Positions 1 to 6,418 of a DNA stretch of 53,864 bases are shown piece after piece. The position numbers and the translations under genes were made by a program. How positions within the stretch are numbered: the stretch's first letter is position 1; every line of letters starts with the position of its first letter. This DNA is from a virus: positions 1-53,864 of the IMG/VR virus record IMGVR_UViG_3300045988_098128; one strand, given 5' to 3'. The notes beneath the pieces are model-generated. The model was not told the DNA's origin, made no database searches, and was given only the letters and a program-made list of their open reading frames with translations.

Positions 1-55
1 GGAGGAAACAAATGGAACAGTATAACGAAATTCTAAAGCTGAAAACGATGCTCGA
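1..55. repeat. Terminal direct repeat, copy 1 (identical to 53810-53864)
   Basis: ggaggaaacaaatggaacag...aaaacgatgctcga occurs exactly at both ends. This is typical of an assembly overlap on a circular molecule, or of terminal redundancy. Confidence 0.95.
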
Positions 56-326
56 GGAAGCGGGAATAGTGTTCGACTTTTACCCGCGGAAAGAACTGCA
101 CGACGAATGGGATGGATATCAAATATGCTACCCCGCCGACGCAAGAAGAGTGTGTAGCGTGATAGAGGGAGCATTAACCTACGGCGGATTGTATGACAGA
201 CTGGAAATAATGGGACTGTTGACAAAAGAAGAACTCAAAGACGACACCGTAAAAGGATGGCTGACAGCGGAGGATGTGTTCGCGAGAATTAAGAAACATT
301 GGGAGGAAAACTATGGACGCGGTTGA
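12..326 (+). CDS. hypothetical early protein (104 aa)
   Basis: ATG at 12 is preceded by GGAGGAAA at 1-8. The gene start is duplicated at 53821, so the gene spans the circular junction. It is co-directional with the early operon. Confidence 0.7.
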   Translation: MEQYNEILKLKTMLEEAGIVFDFYPRKELHDEWDGYQICYPADARRVCSVIEGALTYGGLYDRLEIMGLLTKEELKDDTVKGWLTAEDVFARIKKHWEENYGRG

Positions 327-669
327 ATTTTTGAAAGCAAAAGTACGAATGTGTGAAAACATTCATTGCGAAGCCTGCGGGTTACACAGTGGGAATATTT
401 ACTGCGTCACCTACTGCTTCGTTTATCCCGATGAAGCCGTTGCTGCTGTGGAAAAGTGGGCAAAAGAACACCCTATCAAGACAAGGCAAAGCGAATTCCT
501 CAAAGTTATACCTAATGCGCCAATGAGAATTCCCGGGGATGTGCTTGACGTGTGTCCCAATGAAGTTGACGCAACACAAAGCTGCCCTACATCAACAAAA
601 CCGTCCGACCAGACTCTTGATATTTGCTACCTCTGCAAAAAGGCATATTGGCTTGCGGAGGTAGATTAA
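313..669 (+). CDS. hypothetical Cys-rich protein
   Basis: Track ORF 274..669 trimmed to the ATG at 313, which follows GGGAGGA at 301-307. It overlaps the upstream stop. Several CxxC-type cysteine pairs are present. Confidence 0.65.
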   Translation: MDAVEFLKAKVRMCENIHCEACGLHSGNIYCVTYCFVYPDEAVAAVEKWAKEHPIKTRQSEFLKVIPNAPMRIPGDVLDVCPNEVDATQSCPTSTKPSDQTLDICYLCKKAYWLAEVD

Positions 670-954
670 ATGAGAACAACATCCGATGAACTTCTTGAAA
701 AGTGCGGGCTAAGGTTCATTACGTCGCCAGAAGCGGATGAACTTGCGGGAGAATCCCCATGCATGAACTGCGCAAGAAAAGACTGCAACCTCAGCGGATT
801 TTTCGAACTTGCAAGACGGAGTTTGTACATTCACGCGATGCTTGTACGCAAAGAAGAGGGATTTAGCTCGCTGAATGTGTTCACCGAAGCACTTCCCTTT
901 TTGTTGATTGACTGCAAAGAAAGGATTGTACCGAACGAATGCACTGCAAAATAA
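670..954 (+). CDS. hypothetical protein (94 aa)
   Basis: The ATG directly abuts the previous stop (taaatg). It is packed within the operon. Confidence 0.55.
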   Translation: MRTTSDELLEKCGLRFITSPEADELAGESPCMNCARKDCNLSGFFELARRSLYIHAMLVRKEEGFSSLNVFTEALPFLLIDCKERIVPNECTAK

Positions 955-1391
955 GCGACTGCTTCAACTGCCCCTATCCCGACTGCATCAACGATACCTT
1001 TACCTCGCCGAGGGAGTTTACGCCGGAGCAGAAGAAACGGCAGTGTGAGCTGAAAAAGAAAATGCTTGCGCGGCGAAGAGAGGACGGAGTGTGTATCTAC
1101 TGCGGAAAGAAGCCCGCAGACAAAGGTTATAAATCCTGCATGGAGTGTCGGATAGAACGAACGAAGAAGAACCGCGAATACAGCCGCAAAACGGAAAGAT
1201 TTACTCCGCGTGAACTGATGGACGGCGTAAAACTGTGCAAGCTGTGTGGGAAAAGACCGCCTGTTGACGGAAGAACGATTTGTGAAGAGTGTTTTAAAAA
1301 ATGCCTTGACAATCTTAATCACGCCGACAGCAAAGAGCAGCCGAACAACGGCTTTAGAGCATCAATAGAAGCGTACTGGAGGGGGAGATAA
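939..1391 (+). CDS. zinc-ribbon repeat protein (two CxxC...CxxC modules)
   Basis: Contains CIYCGKK...CMEC and CKLCGKR...CEEC motifs. Basic composition. Confidence 0.65.
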   Translation: MHCKISDCFNCPYPDCINDTFTSPREFTPEQKKRQCELKKKMLARRREDGVCIYCGKKPADKGYKSCMECRIERTKKNREYSRKTERFTPRELMDGVKLCKLCGKRPPVDGRTICEECFKKCLDNLNHADSKEQPNNGFRASIEAYWRGR

Positions 1392-1663
1392 TGACAAGGG
1401 ATGGAATTATAAAAATCTTAGACAGAGCCATGCAACGCTATGTCGAGCGGAATCAGCAGCTTTTCCTCAGCAAGGGAAAAACCGACAAGGAAATGTGGGA
1501 GGAGCTTGAAGCTATAAACAATGCGCGGTATATTCTCTCACGCTTGCCGCAGGTCGTGAATTGCCCTGACTGCGGGAGAATGTACGATACCGATTATCTT
1601 CACTTCTGCGGAGGTGACGAGTGTGTGAGTGGAGGTGATAACGACGAAAACGGTAATGTTTAA
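1391..1663 (+). CDS. hypothetical protein (90 aa, CPDCG motif)
   Basis: ATGA start/stop overlap with the previous gene. Confidence 0.6.
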   Translation: MTRDGIIKILDRAMQRYVERNQQLFLSKGKTDKEMWEELEAINNARYILSRLPQVVNCPDCGRMYDTDYLHFCGGDECVSGGDNDENGNV

Positions 1664-2030
1664 AATCGACTACCCGCCGTCCAAAGCCGGAAAGACCGCA
1701 TGGAACAGACGCTACGGGCTGAACGCATACTACGCGGGAAAGCATTGGGCGGTACGCAAAAAGGACGCAGAGTATTGGCACACAATAACCCGCGCCGCAG
1801 TCAGAGAGTGCATTAAAAAGCCTGTCATCCTTGACAATCCTGTCGTGATAGAAGCATATTTCAATGACAACATGGACGCAAGCAATCACGCAGCCATTTT
1901 GAAAATGGTGGAAGATTCACTCAAAGGACTGCTGATACATGACGATAACCGAAGATACGTCAAAGGCGTGTCAATGTTCTTCCACAACGAGGACTACATA
2001 AAAGTAATATTAAGAGAGGTAAGCGCATGA
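1656..2030 (+). CDS. rusA: RusA-like Holliday junction resolvase
   Basis: The motif DASNHAAILKMVEDSLKGLLIHDDNRRYV matches the RusA pattern D.N..K...D.L....DD. The start was moved to the ATG at 1656 (MFKIDYPP). Confidence 0.75.
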   Translation: MFKIDYPPSKAGKTAWNRRYGLNAYYAGKHWAVRKKDAEYWHTITRAAVRECIKKPVILDNPVVIEAYFNDNMDASNHAAILKMVEDSLKGLLIHDDNRRYVKGVSMFFHNEDYIKVILREVSA

Positions 2031-2371
2031 GCAAAGAAAACCGCGAAACAATCCTTAGTGAAGTAAAGAAGATAATCTGCAACGACCGTAACGAGCAGTA
2101 CGGCGAGCCGGAAGACAGCTTTGAAAAAATAGCGGATTACTGGACAACGTATCTCAAGCACAATTGCGTTGCACCCGACGCGGACTGTTGTTTATGTGCG
2201 CGAGACGTAGCTATATTGATGGTGCTGTTCAAGCTCGGTCGCATGGAGACAAGCTGTTTCCAGAGCTACGACAGCTTTATAGACGCTATAGGCTATATGA
2301 CCTGCGCAACGGATATCACCACACCTGCATTCGAGGACATAAACCCAGATTCGGAAGTCCTGCCTTTCTAA
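2027..2371 (+). CDS. DUF1599/DUF6378-like helical phage protein carrying an SSB-type C-terminal tip
   Basis: The pattern QYG...F.KIADYW..YL...DVAILMVLFKLGR...DSFIDAIGY is typical of this phage replication-module family. The last 17 aa (TTPAFEDINPDSEVLPF) are identical to the C-terminus of the SSB at 2864..3286. Confidence 0.7.
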   Translation: MSKENRETILSEVKKIICNDRNEQYGEPEDSFEKIADYWTTYLKHNCVAPDADCCLCARDVAILMVLFKLGRMETSCFQSYDSFIDAIGYMTCATDITTPAFEDINPDSEVLPF

Positions 2372-2387
2372 AGCGAGGTGCATATGA
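2317..2387 (+). repeat. 71-bp direct repeat, copy A (70/71 identical to 3232-3302)
   Basis: caccacacctgcattcgaggacataaacc[c/a]gattcggaagtcctgcctttctaaagcgaggtgcatatga. It covers the acidic tail codons, the stop, the RBS and the start of the next ORF. Confidence 0.95.
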
Positions 2388-2632
2388 TAGAGTGCATAGA
2401 AACGTGCGAGCATATGCAGAGCGTGTTCCCCGATTATCCGTGTGGAAGAGAAAACTGTCGTTTCAAAGGAGACAGCGAGAAAGCGAACGCTTGTATATGC
2501 ACCGTGCAGTGCCAGTTGTTTGACGCATGGTTTTCGGAACACTGGCACAGAATACAAAAAAACGCACAATACCTGCGCAACGGATATCGAATACCCGAAA
2601 TCGACAAACTGGGGGGAAATCAATGCAGATAA
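2384..2632 (+). CDS. hypothetical Cys-rich protein, paralog of 3299..3487
   Basis: ATG at 2384 follows GAGGTG. It shares the M..FPDYPCGR..C...F.AWF..HW pattern with the ORF at 3299. Confidence 0.55.
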   Translation: MIECIETCEHMQSVFPDYPCGRENCRFKGDSEKANACICTVQCQLFDAWFSEHWHRIQKNAQYLRNGYRIPEIDKLGGNQCR

Positions 2633-2805
2633 TTAAAATAATCGTCGCAATACTGCTGTATGGGTATGCCGTCGGTTATTTCATCGGAGCGTTTGCACTA
2701 TATGAAGCACCGAACGCAAAACCTGTTAAGCCGAAAATAAAGGCGATGATGTACGGACAAATAGCGGCAGAGGTCATAGCCGCTACACTACTGCTTAAAA
2801 ATTGA
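2623..2805 (+). CDS. small membrane protein (60 aa)
   Basis: ATG at 2623 follows GGGGGGAAA. The hydrophobic sequence IIKIIVAILLYGYAVGYFIGAFALY is followed by a second hydrophobic segment. Confidence 0.55.
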   Translation: MQIIKIIVAILLYGYAVGYFIGAFALYEAPNAKPVKPKIKAMMYGQIAAEVIAATLLLKN

Positions 2806-2863
2806 AAGGAAGTGTTGACTTATCGCAAACTTTAATTTTAACCGCGTTATCCTCGGAGGACGT

Positions 2864-3286
2864 TTGACGGCAGACCCCGAGCTGAAAACCACACCGTCCG
2901 GAATTTCCGTAACATCATTTACCGTTGCGGTCAACAGACGTTACTCCGGCAAAGACGGAGAGGAAACTAAAGCGGATTTCTTCTGCGTAAACGCATGGCG
3001 GCAGACGGCTGAATTCATCACCCGCTATTTCAGAAAAGCAAGTTCCATCTGCGTAGTCGGAACCCTTCAGACAAGAACATGGACTGACCAGCAGGGACAG
3101 AAGCGTTTTGCTACAGATATTGTCGCTGACGAAGCACATTTTGTTGATGCAAAGTCGGAAATGCCGCAACCGCAAGCCGCTCCGCAGTCAAGCTACATTC
3201 CCGACGCATACACCCAACCGAAAACAGCTGCCACCACACCTGCATTCGAGGACATAAACCCCGATTCGGAAGTCCTGCCTTTCTAA
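2864..3286 (+). CDS. ssb: single-stranded DNA-binding protein (true start probably upstream, near 2822)
   Basis: The OB-fold SSB pattern (DPELKTTPSGISVTSFTVAVNR...FF.V.AWR..AE) and the acidic ...DSEVLPF tip are present. The in-frame codons upstream of the TTG at 2864 encode ANFNFNRVILGGR, the conserved first strand of the fold. Confidence 0.85.
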   Translation: MTADPELKTTPSGISVTSFTVAVNRRYSGKDGEETKADFFCVNAWRQTAEFITRYFRKASSICVVGTLQTRTWTDQQGQKRFATDIVADEAHFVDAKSEMPQPQAAPQSSYIPDAYTQPKTAATTPAFEDINPDSEVLPF

Positions 3287-3302
3287 AGCGAGGTGCATAT
3301 GA
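3232..3302 (+). repeat. 71-bp direct repeat, copy B
   Basis: See 2317-2387. Confidence 0.95.
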
Positions 3303-3487
3303 AAGAACTGCCAACGATAGAACAGATGCAAAAACTATTCCCCGACTATCCGTGCGGACGCGGAAAATGCAAATATCAAGGCAATCAGCTTTTCAGAGCA
3401 CGTCGTTGTTCGAATGTTGATTGCCCAGAATTTAAAGCATGGTTCGTAAAACACTGGGCTAAAATTTGTGGAAGAGAAGCCGAATAA
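3299..3487 (+). CDS. hypothetical Cys-rich protein, paralog of 2384..2632
   Basis: ATG at 3299 follows GAGGTG. It is the last gene of the plus-strand early operon. Confidence 0.55.
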   Translation: MKELPTIEQMQKLFPDYPCGRGKCKYQGNQLFRARRCSNVDCPEFKAWFVKHWAKICGREAE

Positions 3488-3526
3488 AAAAAGAGAGCAA
3501 GGAATCACTTCCCTGTTCTTTTCTAT
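3486..3526. terminator. bidirectional intrinsic terminator (about 90 percent identical to 40548-40586)
   Basis: An A-run is followed by the stem gagagcaaggaa/ttccctgttctt with loop tcac, then a T-rich run. It lies directly after the stop at 3487. Confidence 0.7.
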
Positions 3527-3687
3527 TTTGCGTGTCTTGCAATGCTTAGTACGGCTTTCTCCGAAAGTCCCGCTGTTCTGTCGGTCGCTGTGGCGAGAAC
3601 TGTTACAAGTCGCACAATCAGCTTTAGCCGTTCCTCGGAGTAGCTTTGTAGTATCTCTGCTATCTCGGTTATAATTTGTTCCTTCAT
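3523..3687 (-). CDS. possible small protein (54 aa, MKEQIITEIAEILQSYSEERLKLIVRL...)
   Basis: Not in the ORF track because it is under 60 aa. The ATG at 3687 is preceded by GAAGGGAAG. It ends at the bidirectional terminator. Confidence 0.35.
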   Translation of the reverse strand: MKEQIITEIAEILQSYSEERLKLIVRLVTVLATATDRTAGLSEKAVLSIARHAK

Positions 3688-3769
3688 TTTGCACTTCCCT
3701 TCTTTATTCTGCTGTCGATTATATCACACGAACGCTTGTTTGTAAATAGCTTTTGTGAAGAAAATGTGT

Positions 3770-3886
3770 TTATTTGAGAAGTTTTTTATTTTTCTCGAGA
3801 AGTTTCGCGAAGCGCAAAAGAAGGATTATGCCTTTGTCGTTTAGTTTGCTTACGATATTTGCTAACTCAAATCTGTAATGCTTCAT
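3770..3886 (-). CDS. possible small protein (38 aa, MKHYRFELANIVSKLNDKGIILLLRFAKLLEKNKKLLK)
   Basis: Not in the ORF track. The ATG at 3886 is preceded by GAAGGGACAGACAG. Its helical character resembles the ORF at 3523..3687. Confidence 0.25.
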   Translation of the reverse strand: MKHYRFELANIVSKLNDKGIILLLRFAKLLEKNKKLLK

Positions 3887-4069
3887 CTGTCTGTCCCTTC
3901 TTTGTTGGAAATGTTTTCTAATTCAAGTGTAACATGCTTTTCGAGAGAAGACAATAGCCGAGTTTAATATTCCGTATTAAAATCAGATACAAAAATATAC
4001 TGGTTTTACATTCGACAAATTTATGCACTTATCGGCGCACATTCAATGTTGACAAACATTTAACAACGT

Positions 4070-4104
4070 AAAAGAGCACCTCATCTAGAAGAGTGCTCTT
4101 TTAC
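4070..4104 (-). terminator. intrinsic terminator ending the ncRNA candidate
   Basis: Stem aagagcac/gtgctctt is flanked by an A-run and a T-run, so it can work in either direction. Confidence 0.65.
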
Positions 4105-4458
4105 ACAGCAAATTCATAAACAAAGGAGGAACATGACAGAAGTCACGAAAGGAAACGGAGGGATTTGAACCCTCAAAGGTAGCCTTTTGACCGCCATACA
4201 ACCGATTCGCCGTTCCCGTGCGCGACAGCCCTTGCGAACCGCCGCCAACAAATGAGAAAACAAGACCGAAAGGAATACGGGCATGTTAATTCGCGCCTTG
4301 CGGAGTTGAACCGCCGTTGTACACGTTATGGTATCGTCTGCCGTTGAACGTATAGGCGCGATATCCGAGCGGTCGCACAGCGGAATCATCCGCGTTGCTC
4401 GGATATTTTAAAAGAAAGGAGTTTCAATATGAAGAACAACCAGAGTTCATTGTTCCAC
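4105..4458 (-). ncRNA. candidate structured ncRNA (about 350-385 nt) with two tRNA-like minihelix plus T-arm modules
   Basis: A consensus promoter lies upstream and a terminator downstream, and there is no credible ORF. Module H1 (4361-4406) is a 10-bp stem, atatccgagc/gctcggatat, with a nested hairpin. Module 4291-4361 has an 8-bp closing stem plus GCGG-TTCAACT-CCGC. Module 4151-4217 has a 7-bp closing stem plus GAGGG-TTCAAAT-CCCTC. Confidence 0.5.
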
Positions 4459-4464
4459 AACAAT

Positions 4465-4493
4465 ATTATAGCACGTTTAAACGCGTTTGTCAA
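4465..4493 (-). promoter_or_regulatory. consensus sigma-A-type promoter driving the ncRNA candidate
   Basis: On the minus strand: TTGACA (4493-4488), a 17-nt spacer, then TATAAT (4470-4465). Confidence 0.6.
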
Positions 4494-4518
4494 CATATCT
4501 GTCAACGTTTAGTAACGT

Positions 4519-5136
4519 TTAATGTTTACTAAACAGCTTTGCAAACCAATTCAACTTACGCTTGTTACCTTGTTCAACATCGGATTCGTTTGTTGTCTCA
4601 ACGTTATTCTCGTCTGCGGCAGTGCTTTTGCCAACTGTGGCGTTCTGGGAGACGTTCTGAGGTGCATTAACAAACTTGTCAGATTCACTGACCGCATGGA
4701 GCGTTTGCGCCTGCACAGCGGTTTGTAGCGCGTTGTGGGCGAGTTCGGCAAACTTGCTGGCGTAGTCTGCAATCTGCCCATCACGTTCGTCAAGCATTTC
4801 CGTCTTCTGTTTCAGCTCGTCTGCCTGTCTGTCAATTATACCTCTGAGAGCTTCTACAGTCTCCTGTAGGCTCTTTATTGCTTCTGCGTTCAAATATTCG
4901 CGTCCTTCGTTTTCTACGCTCTCACAAGCCTGTGGTGCGTCACACACGTTTTCCGCAACTGCTTCTTGTTTTTTTGAGTTGCTATATAGTTTCAATGCAT
5001 CCTCGGAGATTTTTTTTACTCCGTCCTCGCTTGTCACTATATATTCTTCAAGACCGTTCCGCTTAATTCTTTGATATACCGATTGACTTGTCACTCCGGC
5101 TCTGTCGGCGAATTCGGCTATTGTGAGGTATTTCAT
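4519..5136 (-). CDS. replication-associated HTH (MerR/excisionase-like N-terminus) coiled-coil protein
   Basis: The N-terminus is YLTIAEFADRAGVTSQSVYQRIKRNGL. ATGA overlap with the Rep gene gives the same rep-orfX arrangement as theta plasmids of Firmicutes. Confidence 0.7.
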   Translation of the reverse strand: MKYLTIAEFADRAGVTSQSVYQRIKRNGLEEYIVTSEDGVKKISEDALKLYSNSKKQEAVAENVCDAPQACESVENEGREYLNAEAIKSLQETVEALRGIIDRQADELKQKTEMLDERDGQIADYASKFAELAHNALQTAVQAQTLHAVSESDKFVNAPQNVSQNATVGKSTAADENNVETTNESDVEQGNKRKLNWFAKLFSKH

Positions 5137-5825
5137 GGATTGCTCCTTGCTTTTGTGATTGAGAATTTAATGTGAGTTATACTTCTTCCCGTCCGCGTCG
5201 GCTCATAGGCTACACGCAAATCACTAACGGCGTTAATTTCGTCAACGGCAGTGTCGATTACGCGCTTGCGAAAATCAATAAAATCCGAATAACCGCCTAT
5301 TTGCATAAGCGTTTTCAAATTTTCAACAGAAACGGTATACTCGCCTATATTGGCATAGCTTTTAAGTATCTCGTACAAACGTATAGTGTGTTTCGATTCC
5401 ATGTTTAACACGGTTTGAAGCTGATATGCCGTATACGATTCTTTGAGTTCGAGCAAATAAGGCGCTAACCGCTTGTCAAGCTGAATCCTAACCCGCGATT
5501 CATTTTCGTATATTTCCGCACCCGAAATCCATGCGCATAGCTTTCTTACATTTCCGTCCACTATCCAGAATGACTTGTCGCGTATGGATTGCAGCGTTTC
5601 ACGGAGATTCTTGTAATTCTTGCCGTTTTGAGTAATTCCAAGTGATTCACACATATCTTGCAGATTGAAATCATACTCATAAAGTTCTTTATCATCGGGT
5701 TTTACCTTGCTTATCGTATACAATATGACTTTTTGCTCCTGTGTTGTCATTCCGTATCTTGACTTTTGAATTAGTTCGTTCTTTTTGACAACCAAATTAT
5801 TAATTTTTTTATCGCTATTTTCCAT
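5133..5825 (-). CDS. Rep_3 (RepB-type) plasmid replication initiator
   Basis: The N-terminal pattern NNLVVKKNELIQKSRYGMTTQEQKVILYTISKV... is typical of the Rep_3 family. The iterons lie immediately upstream. The start was set to the ATG at 5825, which follows AAGGGAG. Confidence 0.85.
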   Translation of the reverse strand: MENSDKKINNLVVKKNELIQKSRYGMTTQEQKVILYTISKVKPDDKELYEYDFNLQDMCESLGITQNGKNYKNLRETLQSIRDKSFWIVDGNVRKLCAWISGAEIYENESRVRIQLDKRLAPYLLELKESYTAYQLQTVLNMESKHTIRLYEILKSYANIGEYTVSVENLKTLMQIGGYSDFIDFRKRVIDTAVDEINAVSDLRVAYEPTRTGRSITHIKFSITKARSNP

Positions 5826-5840
5826 GGTTACTCCCTTCAT

Positions 5841-5884
5841 GTTGAAAACTCTGTGTAAAACCTTGTTGAAAACCTTGTTGAAAA
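5841..5884. repeat. short direct repeats (gttgaaaac x3, ccttgttgaaaa x2) between the rep start and the iterons
   Basis: Read directly: gttgaaaactctgtgtaaaaccttgttgaaaaccttgttgaaaac. Confidence 0.8.
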
Positions 5885-5926
5885 CTGCAAAAGAACAATT
5901 TTCCCGTGTGTTTTCTCGGTTTTACA

Positions 5927-6038
5927 GTTACCAAATGTCCTGTTTATCGTTACCAAGTGTCCTGTTTTACAGTTACCAAATGTCCTGCTATCCGTTACCA
6001 AATGTCCTGTTTATCGTTACTAAGTGTCCTGTTTAACA
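5927..6038. repeat. five tandem 22-23 bp iterons (GTTACCAARTGTCCTGYTWWHC)
   Basis: Copies lie at 5927, 5949, 5972, 5994 and 6016, contiguous and in direct orientation, upstream of the Rep_3 gene. Confidence 0.9.
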
Positions 6039-6039
6039 T

Positions 6040-6115
6040 TTCCCTACTTTAATTATATAAAAATAGTAAAATAATAAGTATTTCTTATAAAAGTAATAAG
6101 TATGTTGTTTCACGA
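6040..6115. promoter_or_regulatory. AT-rich putative DNA-unwinding region of the plasmid origin
   Basis: A very AT-rich stretch follows the iterons directly. aataagtat is repeated at 6073 and 6095. Confidence 0.5.
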
Positions 6116-6389
6116 ACTAAAGCGCATAAATTTTGCCTGTTGAAAACTCAAAAGCGAATACGCGGTTAGTAAGCAGGAAGAGAAAATTTTTACCATATTG
6201 TAATTTTAAGCTATCTGTCATGCCTTGTCAAGATGTTTTCTAAATATTGACAAACGTCTAAATAAACATTTTTCAACGCATTGGTAAACTGATTTACAAA
6301 CATATTGACAGGGAAGTGTATTTTAGGCAAATGCCGAAAATGGTTTGTTGAACAGCATTTGTAAACTTAAAGAAAGATTGACAAACCTA

Positions 6390-6418
6390 TTAACAAACCA
6401 CACTAAATAGTGTATACT
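6390..6418 (+). promoter_or_regulatory. possible promoter (TTAACA-17-TATACT) facing the convergent terminator at 6597-6632
   Basis: Spacing was read from the sequence. No ORF lies between it and the terminator. Confidence 0.35.

Noticed and set aside
4151-4217. A 67-nt tRNA-like element on the minus strand. Forced into a cloverleaf it gives the anticodon loop GUCAAAA (CAA, Leu).
   Set aside because: The D-arm is reduced to about 11 nt, and position 31:39 is a G-G mismatch. A bacterial tRNA-Leu should also have a long variable arm, and no CCA end is encoded. I keep it as a module of the ncRNA candidate, not as a tRNA gene. tRNAscan-SE or ARAGORN should confirm this.
4291-4361. A 71-nt element with an 8-bp acceptor-like stem and a TTCAACT T-loop, considered as a tRNA.
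   Set aside because: No 5-7-5 anticodon arm can be drawn. Too few nucleotides lie between the D-like stem and the T-arm.
4114-4389. A 91-aa ORF on the minus strand.
   Set aside because: It has no RBS and an Arg/Cys/Leu-rich junk-like composition. It coincides exactly with the stem-rich RNA candidate.
4070-4458. tmRNA, suggested by the length of about 385 nt and a tRNA-like 3' T-arm.
   Set aside because: The 5' end of the transcript has no sequence complementary to the 3' acceptor strand (CGTTTCC). No plausible tag reading frame ending in a hydrophobic ...AA-type tail was found.
5927-6038. CRISPR array interpretation of the 22-23 bp repeats. The same was considered for the arrays at 40363-40430 and 49399-49566.
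   Set aside because: The repeats are contiguous with no spacers, the units are too short or degenerate, and no cas genes are present. The 5927 array sits directly upstream of a Rep_3 gene, which is the classical iteron arrangement.
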